Assembly (NCBI RefSeq): GCF_902459465.1
Contig: NC_047062.1
Location: forward strand, 8,308,001 to 8,372,000
Origin: Asterias rubens
Taxonomy: Eukaryota
Length of the DNA stretch: 64,000 nucleotides
Direction: 5' to 3'
How positions within the stretch are numbered: position 1 is the stretch's first letter; each line of letters starts with the position of its first letter. Below, piece after piece: positions 12,401 through 24,935 of the stretch. The position numbers were made by a program, and so were the translations under genes. The notes beneath the pieces are model-generated. The model ran no database searches. It was not told where the DNA came from and worked only from the letters and a program-made list of their open reading frames with translations.

Positions 12401-15400
12401 CTCCTTCTCCATCTACAAAAAAGACTGCAAACAGGTTCTTTTAAATTTATTTTTTAAATGCCACTGTTTTCTTTACAGAATCATCCTCAGAAGAAATGGA
12501 TCGATGCACTGCAGAAGACATAGTCATTCGCCTTGCCAAGAAATACCTACTGGTGTGTATTAATTTCTTTATATTTATGTCTTTTTTTTTCCTTTTTTTT
12601 TCAATGCCTTTTAATCACAAACATTGTTTTGAAAAAGGTTTACAAAATTTGTTCTCACCTATCCGTTCCTTTGAAATTGAGCTGTTTGAAATACTGATAC
12701 AAATTTGACAATGCCAAGAAATTTGATATATTAAATGTTTAAAGGGAAGGTACACGTTTGGTAATTACTCAAAACAAATGTTAACTTAAAAACTGACTTG
12801 GTTACAAGCATTGGAGAGATGTTGATAGTATAAAACATTGTGGGAAACGGCTCCCTCTGAAGTAATGTAGTTTTTGAGAAAGAGGTAACTTCTCACTAAA
12901 GTAATAAAGGTTTCTAGCTAGAAGTATTTTATTCCTATCTGAAAGCACACAATTTTGTCCAACAAGGGTATTTTTTGTTTTTCATCATTTTCTCGCAACT
13001 TCGATGGCCGATTAACCCGTAATTTTCACAGGCTTGTTGTTTTATGCATATGATGGGATACACCAAGTGATAAGACTGGTCTTTGACAATTACCAAACGT
13101 GTACCTTCCCTTTAAACTGCCTTGAACATCATATCATTTTATAATTGCCTTTTCAATCTGTTTTCTTCGGAAACCCCTTTGTATGTTGTTAGAGTTATAA
13201 TTTAGCAATTGCCTATTATATCCTTGTATTTAGTGCTTTGAGGCCATTTGGTACCTTGAGGCATTATAAATATCTTTTTATTATTATTTTATTATTATGT
13301 TAGAACATGTGTCTGCTATGATTGCTTTGTACTTTGAAATGAGTGATTGTGTCGTGTCCACAAGATCTTTGAACTGGTTTTTCCTTTCTGTCTTTATGGC
13401 GATACTTTTAGAGCTTTTTTTTTCTGAGGAACTTTAACAAATCTCTGCTCTGGTTCCAGCTCTGGCATGGGCTACGCTATCATTTTGTAGCCGTGTACAT
13501 TTTGCTGAGGGTTTCCAGCATGGATCGTAGCCCAAAGCCAGAGTTGGGAGCCTAAGCTGAGGTTCAGAGAAAGCCCAAAGTTCTTCATTTGTCATTTAAC
13601 TCAAGCGTTTTTTTTAAATATAAATTGGTTTTGTTTTGTATTTCAGGGGGATTTCATATCTTCTGTTTATTTTGTATTGAGATAAGTAAAGTAGGGATTT
13701 AAAATATTGCATGGTGGGATTATAATTAGGTAAGGTCTGCAGTAGCACCAAAACTATGTGTAAGCTTCTTTTGAGTAGTGGTCAGAGAAAAACTGGTAGT
13801 TGACAATTCAACATTTCATTATTCTCTGATCATCTTCAAGAGGTATGATGCTACTGCAAACCACACCAATGTTTTAGATTTACATTACAACTTATTGCTC
13901 CATAGTTGAAAATGCGCATATAAAAGTGTAGGCCTATGAAGCAGTTTTGTTTCTACTTTTATTTTAGTTATGTAACTTTTCATGTATAGTGGATGATCAA
14001 TGTGGTTGCTCCAAACTCAACTTTAGTTTTGTAACCGTTTTCCTTTTTTTAAAAAAGAAATCCAGCACAGACACTGAGCACTCCGATCAAAAAGAAAACA
14101 ACAGATTAACTCAAAGGGTAAGTTTGTGACTTAATTTTATACTTAACAAACTAATCATAACTTAAATCGTACAACATCATGTTACCGCCATGTTATTAAG
14201 GAACCAAGTCATTGTTACTCCGAGCAGCAACGAAGTGTTCAAGCCTCAGGCATGCAAGCAGCCAGCCACATCCACCCATGACCATGGAGGGAGGGAAAGC
14301 GAGGGGCCATGACAAAAACCCTCACTGCGTAGGAGAGAACCAATGCACAACTCCACTTACATATTGTTCTTGCCGAGAATCAAACCAGGGTCACAGTGGT
14401 GAGAGGCGAGCGCTTTTAGGCACTAGCCACCAATGCCACTATAAAGATCACTATCCTTTTGGAATCGTTTGTTTTTAAGGGTTGGGTAGTAGTACTCCCA
14501 AGGAAGCAAACAGAGAGTCATTCAGAGTATGGTCAGCACAACACATAATACACATTGTCCTCAACTTTGGTTGCAACAACCAAAATCAGCTATTTTGTTT
14601 TTTTTGGTTTTCGTACAGTTTTCATCAAATATGATTTCATATCAGGGGGAAATTTCAGAGCAAAAGTGGTCCTAGTGTGAACTTTACAATCAGTAAGTTT
14701 TCAGACTGAAATTCAACAAAGATGTTTGTTATCTTTACCAATCCTGTGTAATGCCTTTGAAGATTTCATATTTGTCTTGGTTTTTAAAGGTGGTTGATCC
14801 GTATGATGCTGATTTGGAGACAAGCGAGGTCGATACTGCAACCTCAGTAGACACAGCTAGTGACATGGAATGCTTGGATGCACAAGGAATCACACAAGTC
14901 CTCTCACCATCTAGACGGGTTAATGCTTCAACAACCTCTTCAAATAAAGGTTAGGGATTGTGTCTTCATTCCCCCATCGGGGTCCAATTTTATAGAGCTG
15001 TTTAAGCACAAAAGGTGGCTTTCAGAATAAGATAACCAGCCAAAACACCATTTAACATGTGGAAACTTTCTCAAAAAGTAAAGCATTTCATGGAATAATT
15101 TTTCAAGGGAAGTCTTTCACCATTACCTTCTGTAAACCCATTTGTAAAGCTGTGAACTTTAAATTTTTGTTCTTTTCAGAAACTGTCCAATGGCTTTAAT
15201 AGCAGAATTGTTTTCAAGCTATAATGTCTGCTTAAAGCAGCTCTATTTGGGCCCAGGGCCTGCCCTTAACACCAGCCTGGCAAACAGTGTCTTGTAAAAA
15301 CTACTACGGCAAGCCTGGAATTTAATCTTTGAGAGGGCGAGGCCATTTTTAGATTGAAAAGGGCATTCTCACTGGAAAATCTTCAAGTCTATGGGAAACT

Positions 15401-16667
15401 TGTGAAGGGGCACAAAGGCCATGACTAGGGGCAATGAACAATCATGCCTAACCAACTTTTGAGACACTTTTTTTGATTGGTTCTGAAACGAACAATGATT
15501 TGTGTTTGCTAGTTGCGTGTGGTTCTTTTGCATTCATAACTAGTTTTCGACTGACAATGCCAACCTCTTTGCTTTCAAACTCAGGTAAAGCTCTTAAGTC
15601 CAACACTGGAGCACTCAACCCATCCCATGAAACAACAACAGAGAGACTGTCGAAGCCTGAAATGACTACCCGTCTGCGCCGTACATCCAGAAAGTCAAGC
15701 ACCTCAACCACCCCACAATATGCAAGCAAAGGATCATCGGATGACACCCCTAAAGATGATGAGCCTTCCCTACGGAGTGATAGTGGCATGTTTGTCTCCC
15801 CATTTACAAATGTTCACCGACGCTTTTTGCCGAAGATGAATGCTTCTGATACCTCCACGCCAACTTCCATGGTCGGCGACGTTAGGTCAGACTTGAATGA
15901 CTCTTGTTTTGGGTTTGACAGCCTGGTAACGCCGGATCCTCTGGCACCCATCTCTCCCGTTGATCACGTCTTACCTCCTAATCACCAGCCTATATCGAGA
16001 TCATCTCTCGGTGATGTGTCGGTGGCTGCCGATAACTCCAAGTTGGAGTCATACACAGTCTCACCTCCAGTAAAAAGAAAAGTGTCGGCGAGCCTTGACT
16101 TGACGAGTTTGGTAACGGATCAACAGCCTGCCAAGAGACTTAGGCGAAAGAAGCAGGATCCTGCGGTAAGAGGAATTGTTCATTTCATTCTTAGGAACTT
16201 GTGTGGGTTTCTCCATTGTGTAAACTCATTTGAATGTCGTGTTGGATAGTTGAGGTGTGTTTGGTATACTGGGGTCACATGACTGGTCACACAGATACAG
16301 TTCTGAGTCAAAAAATGTTTGAGTTTTTTCAATGTGTTTTCTACGTGGATCTATAAATTCATATAAGCATTTCGTCGATAAGGTACAACCAGTGTTGTTC
16401 TCAAACTGAATTCTCAACACCCAACAAAGTTGTGATAAGGACCCACACTCTGGTGAATTAGCACCAGAACTTGAATTCAATGCTCTTAACCACTCACCCA
16501 CTCTACAATTTTATACCAATGTTTTATAACATTTTAGTGAGTATTTGATGCCTCCTGATTAGTGTTCCTCTTCTTTATAGGTTGCGATTGCAGAAAAGGA
16601 TTGGGCGATGAAGATGGCTGAACAGTTTGAAGACATTGAGATGCACGAGTTGACCATCGAGGGATGA
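9480..16667 (+). CDS. CDCA5: Sororin (cohesion establishment/maintenance factor), about 341 aa
   Basis: Exons 9480-9543, 12479-12552, 14058-14117, 14790-14949, 15585-16165 and 16581-16667 total 1026 nt, all with GT-AG and consistent phases. Motifs: KEN box (QKENN), TSTP...SCFGFDSL...ISPV (FGF motif), basic patch KRLRRKK and C-terminal DWAMKMAEQFEDIEMHELTIEG*, matching the sororin C-terminal motif (human EWAAAMNAEFEAAEQFDLLVE, from memory). The 5' exons are less certain than the last two. Confidence 0.88.
10030..10600 (-). mobile_element. CR1-clade LINE 3' RT fragment, frameshifted, in sororin intron 1
   Basis: Peptides VSEERDLGVII...STHCAKAVKSAYRAL and LTTLECRRLRGDLIETFK are typical of the CR1 ORF2 C-terminus; split over frames. 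Confidence 0.85.
10655..10756. mobile_element. Small MITE with tggcgccaccactttt TIRs
   Basis: 16-bp inverted termini; a related copy in opposite orientation lies at about 51221-51328. Confidence 0.65.
12743..13111. mobile_element. TTAA-flanked MITE, family A (Kolobok-like)
   Basis: Perfect TIR agggaaggtacacgtttggtaatt; TTAA at 12739-12742 and 13112-13115. Confidence 0.85.
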
Positions 16668-17344
16668 TAGCAGAGTGGGTTAGCATTCAGCAACAAGATC
16701 AAGCCAGGACATGATTCATGGTGATTTGTGCACAGAATTAACGTCGGCCTGCTGATGGCCACAATGGCATTGCAGCCAAGGGAATGAAAGGGTTGCGACG
16801 AGTTCTTAATCGGTCGTTAAAAACCGGCAGGGTCGTCGACCCTGCAATGTTTTAAATGTCAGTTTAAGAATGGGCCACTACTCTTTTATTCCCATACATA
16901 AATGCCTATTTGGTTAAAGACAGTGGACACTATTGGTAATTGTCAAAGACTAGCCTTCACAGTTGCTGTATCTGATCATATGCATAAAATAACAAACCTG
17001 TGAAAATTTGAGCTCAATCGGTCATCGAAGTTGCGAGATAATAATGAAAGAAAACGTCCAACGTCCTTGAGCTCTGCAAGTGAGTTGCATTGTTGTGACT
17101 GAGACAGTTTTTGGGTATGCATTTGTGCGCGTAGTAGTATGCATTTAAACGTATCCGAAAACAACTGGTTATAAATAGCTCCAGCTGGTCATTATTAACC
17201 CCACCCCCACGTGATGCGCTCTCCACCAATAGGAATAGCAAAACTGTCTGGGGTATTTATGAATAGATTTTAAACTTCCATCAAAGAAATATAACATTGT
17301 CAAACCCGCTGCTGCAATATAAGGTTCAAACTTAACTGCTTGTA

Positions 17345-17500
17345 GCTACGGGGCCATCTGGATGGTCTAGTGGTAAGACATCTGCTCCAAAATTGCAAAG
17401 GTCGTGGGTTTGAATCCCATCTGAGTAATATGCATGTTAAGGTACTGAGTACACAGTGCTTACCACACATTGGTGAATGGGTAGATGAAATTATACCCAG
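17345..17500 (+). mobile_element. tRNA-derived SINE, second family, downstream of the sororin stop
   Basis: A-box-like tggtctagtgg and B-box-like gggtttgaatccc, then a body shared with 7700-7880. Confidence 0.6.
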
Positions 17501-20341
17501 TGTGCCTTGTTGGAAATACAGGATCTTTGGAGTGCTGATATGTTTCATTCAGTCAGAGTTGAGTACCTGAGCATTGCACTGCATTTTGCTCTGTACTCAG
17601 ACAGTACTTGTAAATCTACAACCCAAGACTTATGCGTAGAATTACCGATAAATTATAAATTTGCTGTACAACCATGTGTACAAAATCTCTTTTAGAGGAG
17701 TGTTGACTCTGAAAAGAGTGTGGTCTTGATGTTTGTAACAGTACACTTTGCTCATTTCTCTTGAAGACGAGCAGAGTGTACTGTTCGAAACGTCAAGACC
17801 GCATGGACACAAATTCTCCTCAAAATTTGATTTTACACACGGTTGTACCCGCAAGTTTACTATCTATAGACGACTCTTAACTAATTGTCCACACCATGCA
17901 AAGCTTCAAACACCACTTAAACCGAGGCTTACTGTACTTGTTAGGAAAGTTTTTTCTGAACATGTTGAGAAATATTGGGTGCATTTTGGCAGTCGTAACC
18001 AATAACTTTTTCGACAGAACAGATATTTGTTACGACCGGCAAAACGCACCCCAGTTTTCTGAACTCTCCCTGATTTAATACGTTTTTGCATGTCTGATGT
18101 TTTGAAGTTTTAATGCAGTGGCTGAAGGGAAGGCACTGCACCGTGATTGTTCTTTTTTTAGTCCACAAGAAATGTGGAGGAAACAGTGACAATGCAATCT
18201 TTTTTTCAGAATTCCTGCACTTTGTGTCATTTTTGTGTGTGCCTTTTTGTACATGTATTTGATATTGATTCAAAAGGAGATTTCTCCAACATGAATTCAT
18301 GATAGAAAAAGGCAAATACTGGTCTTTTAATATCAATTATTTCCAAAGCCAGACTGGTAAGAATTTATTGCTGAATCTAAGCTTTTTGTGTGCCAACATC
18401 TTTGTACAGTTGTAAAAAAACAAAAACAAAACACTAATGTAAACATGTACATTAATTTGCAGATTTTCTTTTCATTATTTCTTTAGTTACAGGTAGAGAT
18501 AATTATGAGTAGCTTAGAGGCATGCCATTTTTTATGATTCAAAATTTTTGATTAAAATGATGAGAAAACTGGACACTTCGTACCTGCATTTTTTGGGCGG
18601 GGGGGGGGGCTGGAATTACACGGAGACCATGGCCTCCGTTGCCTTGGTGTCCCTTCAAAACTTTCCCATTGACTTTAAGATGTTCTAATGGAAGTGCCCC
18701 TTGCAAAAATGAAAGTGGCCTTGCCCTCTCAAAGATGAAATTCCTGGCCGTAAAGATATATTTTGGTTGGAAACAATGACTAGAAGGAAATTACTTTTTC
18801 TGTAAAGGCAAAAAGTGATTAAGGCTAAAAATATTTAAGAGACCAATCAGGACTATACATTGTTTGCGATCGTTTTAAAGTTTGTGTAAATACTTTTCCC
18901 AAGTATATTTTGTCTTTAAAAAAACACTTTGTCTTTAGTTTTTTTACTTTATACACTTTATTAGAACAATATTAGTGAAATCCAACACCAACCAAGAAAA
19001 ACATTTTCATTTTTTTTTCACAATTTGTTTGGATTCCATAGCTTTATTTGAGTTGTTCTTGTTTACAGGAAGTAGCCCCAATCTCATTATTGTAGTTTTG
19101 TGTATTTGAAAACTTTATTTGATGAATATTTTTCAGTTTTCACAGGGGAATATTAATCACTTGTATAAACTATTATTGTGATGTAAATTATTAAAACAAA
19201 CCACAACGAAGACAAATGTGCTGCACATGATTCAGATAATTCACTGCCTGTTTTTTAAGATAAACCACAATCATTCAAAATTCTCAGTCGCGATGGGATG
19301 TTTCTTTAGTCTGCCCCTGCACAATAGGGCCCAGTTTCATAGAGGTGACACTGTGCTTAAGCAGAGGATCAACTCAAAAGTCATCTTCTAATCAGCTGCT
19401 TCTCCTTCTGTTCATTTAAAAGAACACGTAGCCTTGGATCGGTCGAGTTGGTCTTTGAAAAGCGTTTGTGACCGTTTGTTATAAAATGCATTTGGTACAA
19501 GTAGAATATAATGATCCACACAAGTATCACTCGAAATTGCACGGTTTCCCTTTTACGTCACGAACTTACACGGTCGGCCATTTATGGGAGTCAACTTTTT
19601 GACTCGCATAAATGGCCGACCGAGGCATGTTTGTGTGGATCATTACATTATAAGCTTTGTAAGGGTTCCTGTGACAGACATGGTGCATTATAAGTTTCTT
19701 GTATTACCATCATTTATTATTATCTTCTCGGAAAGTGGCCTTAAACCCTTTTAAGATATTGTTTGGGTGAATCTGCCTGTATACACCCAAACCAAACAGT
19801 TTAATGCTATGGTGTGCGCCATATCTCAAACAGCCTAATATTTGTGTCAAAAGACAAGATGACAGAAATGGAGTTATGCAAGTAGTCCGCAGTAACTACG
19901 AGTGCCATTGAGTGATGAGACTTATTTAACGTTTAGCCAGAACAGAATGACCTTTGAACTTTGAGAACCTACGAGGGTTGGGAGAAACGTAGCCTTAAAG
20001 AGATCTGCTACGTCAATCATCCTTCATTTTTACATTCTTTTCACGTGGAGTGTGCTGCAAATCCTACATACATGTATAAAACACGCTTGCGCAGTTGACC
20101 AAAACATCACCTCGGACCAATCAAAACACAGATATGGGAAGCTTACGTCACTACACTTTTATCCAATGAAATCATTGTATCCAATTAAGTCACTGGTTCT
20201 GTGAAACAATTTAGTGTCTTTATCCTTGCAAGGGACACTGTTGCTGTTGTGCTAACAAATAAAACTAAACTCACAGGCGCACTTGTAGTTAGTCATTTGG
20301 CTTTACATAATTCGTCGATGATCACTCAACATTTCATTTAA

Positions 20342-20628
20342 AGGGAAGGTACACGTTTGGTAGTTACCCTATGAAGTAGCATAGATTTTGAGAAAGGTTT
20401 TTTTCTCACTGAAATAATAAAAGACTTTTAGCCAGAAGTCTTTTATTCTTATCTGAAAGCTCACAAATTCGTCCCTTGAGGGTGTGCTTCCTTTCATCAT
20501 TTTCTCACAACTTCGATGACCAATTGAGCCGAAATTTGCACAATCCAGGTTTGTTATTCTATGCTTATGATGAGATACACCAAGTGAAAAGACTGGCCTT
20601 TGACAATTACCAATAGTGTCCAGTGCCT
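20342..20628. mobile_element. MITE family A
   Basis: TTAA both sides; left TIR agggaaggtacacgtttgg, right TIR ccaatagtgtccagtgcct. Confidence 0.75.
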
Positions 20629-20999
20629 TTAAATTTTGGAAGTGTCCTGCTGAACACAGAGAGAGATACTTTTAATAGTGACTTGTAGTACCTCCCATTG
20701 CGTCAATGCTTGCGCGTGGAAGTGTTCCGATAAAACATTTAGGAGATTGGACTTTGCATATTCAGGCCCCTGCACAATGTATTCCGTATCGTCTATAATT
20801 TTCTTCCTTCATGCGTAAAGTAAACCTTAAACTTTGTATTAAAGCAGACTATGCATCGTGCCACGTGTCACATTATAGGGAAACCTTATAGTCATTACAT
20901 AACCCTAAGAAGCCAAGCGCATCGTCTTCAGTGTTTGTCTTTAGTCCTGATGATTGTGCATGTGTTGTATTTATTTTTTGCAGTAAACCATCAGCTAAA

Positions 21000-21285
21000 T
21001 CCATTGAACTCGATGTCAAAGTTGTCTATATATTTAATGCAAACAGCTGCAAAAGGTTCAGTTTTCAGAATGAATTTGTATTTAAAATTTCCAAACGGAG
21101 ATCCATTTCAGCTACATCCATTGAACTCGAGGTCGAAGTTCTCTTTGTATTTTTTTTAGGGGCAAACAGCTGAAAAGTAGTTCAGTTTCAGAATGGATTA
21201 TTTCCAAACGGAGATCCATTTTCGGGAATATATATTTCCCAGGCACAAACGGAGATCCATTTTCGGGAATATATATTTCCCAGGG
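21000..21285. repeat. Local tandem duplications (about 115-bp degenerate pair and about 43-bp near-perfect pair)
   Basis: tcagcta..atccattgaactcga occurs twice; caaacggagatccattttcgggaatatatatttccc occurs twice. Confidence 0.7.
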
Positions 21286-21687
21286 TTAGTGCCAGACACG
21301 AACGTGTCTGGTACGATTAACTTCAGTGGCAAGAAGACAGATGAGTCATTGAGCCCAGACGCAATTAACATATCACGTTTACCAACAAACAACTATACTT
21401 CCAACAAACTTCCAAATGTTCAGCCAAAATCGTCGAAAAACCTTTTCTTTATAATAGTGACAACATTTCACTGAGCTCGCATCTTATTCGTTGTCCATCA
21501 TGTCACATGGGCCCAACTTCATACAGCTGCTTTAAGCAAGGTAGCTTACCAAAATAAAGTTACCAGCTAAATTGCTGTGTCGCATGTACAATTTTGACTG
21601 ATATCCTGCTCATAACTGCAAACGAATTGTTACTTATTTCTAGGCTTATGCAATTCAGAGCTGTCCCATGAGCAGCACCGTAATTAA

Positions 21688-22057
21688 GGCAGTGGACACT
21701 ATTGGTAATTACTCAAAATAATTATTAGCATAAAACCTTTCTTGGTGACGAGTAATGGGGAGAGGTTGATGGTCTAAAACACTGTGAGAAACGGCTCTCT
21801 CTGAAGTAATGTAGTTTTCGAGAAAGAAGTAATTTTCCACGAGTTCGATTTCGAGACCTCAGATTTAGAATTTGAGGTCTCAAAATCAACCATCTAAACG
21901 CATACAACTTCATGTGACAAGGGTGTTTTTTTTCTTTCACTATTATCTCGCAAGTTCGATAACCGATTGAGCTCAAATTTTCACAGGTTTATTATTTTAT
22001 GCAAATGTTGAGATACACCAACTAGTCTTTGACAATTACCAATAGGGTCCACTGCCT
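21688..22057. mobile_element. MITE family A
   Basis: ggcagtggacactattggtaatt ... aattaccaatagggtccactgcct, TTAA flanks, internal hairpin tttcgagacctca..tgaggtctcaaaa. Confidence 0.85.
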
Positions 22058-22533
22058 TTAATAGAAAGGATTCAAATTGACCAGTACCAACATACTGATG
22101 GCTGAACTCCATATTACCGCGCTTTGTGAAATCGGGTTTTCTTGTATTACCTTCCCTGCCCGTCCCCGTAGACTATAATATTAATAAGGAAGAGGCTAAT
22201 AATTGCCAACCAACTTTGAATCACTGCCTATAAACTTTGGGACCGGGTTTTATGTCTGGTGTAGGACCACGTGTTCTGGGGGGGGGGGGGAGTGACCCCG
22301 GTTCAATAACGATAGGCACAATTTTGGGTATTGCGAAACAATTATCTTTAATTTCGAAGGCTAGTTGTCTACAGTTGCGCATTCTTACTAAACGTGACAC
22401 TATAAAGTGAATCATGACCTCGGTGAAAGAATGCTGTAAAATCGCTGTAATTTAGGAAGACAATACCCACGTGTCAGTGACGAAAGGTATTCATTACTGA
22501 CACGTGTGATCAAAAAATATCTATGAAAAAAAG

Positions 22534-22629
22534 TATAAATTTGGGGGGAAGTTGTTCTGCCAAACACAACAGCTTTTCACTTTGCATCACCACATCCAGA
22601 CAACACAAGTTCCTCCACAAACCTTTGAG
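22534..22629 (+). promoter_or_regulatory. TATA box and candidate non-coding first exon of the NtA-like gene
   Basis: tataaat at 22534-22540, then a short segment ending in the consensus donor gag|gtaagt at 22629/22630. The next good acceptor is ttttttgaacag| at 24444, 29 nt before the ATG. Confidence 0.5.
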
Positions 22630-23181
22630 GTAAGTAAAATATTAATATATTTTTATGCTACAGATGTTTATTGCAGTATGAGTTTGTCTACTGGGTTTGC
22701 CATTCTATCGAGCTTGTTTTTTTTAAATATGTTTTATTCAAGCAGAAACTCGTTGGCGTCATTGGGTTGGAGTAATTTAACCACCATCATCCTAATGACT
22801 TAATACGTTATACAAATAGCCACAAAGCCTGGACATCATGGTCTAACTTTAACTATTGAATGTATATGGAAATTACGACACAGTATTCAACTTGAGCATT
22901 TTGACCAGTGCAGTCCCCAGAAAGGTGCTGGAATGTAAAGTCACTCTCATTTTTTACTTACACAAAAGTTACATATATGGTCTGTACAATAATTAAATAA
23001 CAAACGGCATTTATAAAGCGCATCATAATACCGTTATGCATTTGTGGGCCCATGCCCTATAATTCGCCTCCTTTGTGTGGTACCGTGCCACTGTGTTTAA
23101 CAAGAAAGTTACGGGCCGTAGAGGGCTATAAGACCCTATTTTTATTGTAAAATTTACGGGTTTGGTTCATCCCCGTATTAA

Positions 23182-23552
23182 AGGCAGTGGACACTATTGG
23201 TAATTACTCAAACAAATTATTAGCACGAAACCTTACTTGGTAACGAGTAATGGGGAGAGGTTGATGGTATAAAACATTGTGAGAAACGGTTCCCTCTTAA
23301 GTGCCATAGTTTTTGAGAAAGAAGTCATTTTCCACGAATTTGATTTCGAGACCTCAGATTTAGAACTTGAGGTCTCGAAATCAACCATCTAAACGCACAC
23401 AACTTCGTGTGACAAGGGTGTTTTTTCTTTCATTATTATCTCGCAAGTTCGATGACCGATTGAGCTCAACAGGTTTGTTATTTTATGCATATGTTGAGGT
23501 ACACCAACTGTGAAGGCTAGTCTTTGACAATTACCAATAGTGTCCACTGCCT
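23182..23552. mobile_element. MITE family A
   Basis: TIR aggcagtggacactattggtaatt; TTAA at 23178-81 and 23553-56. Confidence 0.85.
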
Positions 23553-23556
23553 TTAA

Positions 23557-23948
23557 AGGAACACGTTGTCTTGGATCGGTCGAGTTGGTCTTCGAAAAGC
23601 GTTTGTAACCGTTTTTTATAAAAGGCATATGGTTAGAAAGATAATTTAAATGTAGAATCCAATGATCCACACAAATTTTCCTCGAAATTGCGTGGTTTTC
23701 CTTCTAATTTGCGAACGGTCGGCCATGAGTTATGGGAGTCAAAAATGGGAGTCAAAAATTTGACTCCCATAAATGGCCGACCGTGTTAGTTGACGAGGTA
23801 AAAGGAAAACCACGCAATTTCGAGTGATACTTGTGTGGGTCATTATATGCTACTTTTAAAATATCTTTCTAAACATATGTATTTTGGAACAAACGGTTAC
23901 TAACGCTTTTCAAAGACCAACTCGACCGATCCAAGGCACTGTGTTCCT
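23557..23948. mobile_element. MITE family B, sharing a TTAA with the adjacent family A copy
   Basis: aggaacacgttgtcttggatcggtcgagttggtc ... gaccaactcgaccgatccaaggcactgtgttcct; TTAA at 23553-56 and 23949-52. Confidence 0.85.
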
Positions 23949-24473
23949 TTAACGTAGACCGGATACTACTTCGGCCATAATGAAGACCCATAATGCAACA
24001 AAACAAAGGTTTCGGTTAATCTAGGCTTCTTTGGGTCATAAACAGCTGCGAACATTTTTAAAACAATGAAACTGAGGTTATACCAGAATACGTGAAGACG
24101 TTTCCGATTGGGAGCAGTTTTCCAACGTTATAGGCGCACACCCTGAGTTCGTTTTTCCTTTTGGTTTGCAATAAAATTAATAACTAAAACGGTATTTCTG
24201 TTTTCAGCTCAGTTTCAAAACATTATAAAAACATTAAAAAACTGGCGAAATTGACTTGCCACCTTATAAACTGTCTATAAAGAAGAAAAAACTTAATCGA
24301 AGATGTTAACAGAGATTTTTTTCGGGGGGGGGGGGGACACACAAAAACCTGGGCCCGATTTACTTTTCATGATGCCAATACAAAGCTTGCTAGTAGGACC
24401 ATACTTTTAAAGAATGTTATTTCTCGTTCCTCTTTTTTGAACAGGTGCCACAGTGGTTTACGATATACAAACA

Positions 24474-24935
24474 ATGATCTCCAACGCAATTGTTTCTCTG
24501 GTGTTGATCGCCACTACTTTGACAAGCACCACGTCTGGATTCTGCTTGCCTCCCCCAGGATGGCACGCCAAGAGCCTCGTGGAACGGATCGAGTTAGATG
24601 AGGTCAATCTCGCCATCGTTGCTCGCGTCGATGCCGTCTACCCCGGTCCCCATGGATCCAGAGGTCCCTACACTGCAGACCTCAGTGTGATGTGCATCTA
24701 TAAAGACACAAACGGTGCTGGTGCAGAGCTCCCTCTTCTGCTGAAGGGAGTGAAGGGTTTTGGCGGGTCCTGGGACTGTGCGAACACAAAGGTTGAAGAA
24801 GGGCGTCAATATATAATGCTCCTCCACCGTGAATGGGACGGTCTGGAGGTTGCTGAAGTTAACAACCAAGAAGGTGCAGAAGAGGCCATCCCGTCCCGTG
24901 TGCTTAAGGTGGAAGAAAAATATTCCTGTAGTTAG
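24474..24935 (+). CDS. Small secreted protein with a single NtA (N-terminal agrin)/TIMP-like OB-fold domain, 153 aa
   Basis: ATG at 24474 in a single coding exon. Signal peptide MISNAIVSLVLIATTLTSTTSG. Then FCLP...SLVER...LAIVARV...YTADLSVMCIYK...GFGGSWDC...VEEGRQYIMLL, which follows the agrin NtA pattern (C-P..ER..A.V..G.V...Y...V.V...KG...GFG....C......G...IFF) as I recall it. Four Cys. Confidence 0.7.
   Translation: MISNAIVSLVLIATTLTSTTSGFCLPPPGWHAKSLVERIELDEVNLAIVARVDAVYPGPHGSRGPYTADLSVMCIYKDTNGAGAELPLLLKGVKGFGGSWDCANTKVEEGRQYIMLLHREWDGLEVAEVNNQEGAEEAIPSRVLKVEEKYSCS

Noticed and set aside
15473-15584. N-terminal part of ORF 15473..16249 (MIGSETNN...) and its tail after 16165
   Set aside because: These are intronic read-through; strong splice sites at 15585 and 16165 give a coherent sororin frame.
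17345-17425. tRNA gene (also 1450-1531 and 58639-58740)
   Set aside because: A/B-box-like motifs are present, but I could not fold a consistent cloverleaf, and each continues into a SINE body.
21725-21976. Recurrent ORF-track peptides such as [25 protein letters not shown] (also 25266, 28000, 37792, 40876, 51756)
   Set aside because: They are chance translations of the non-coding family A MITE, found in varying frames and strands with stops.
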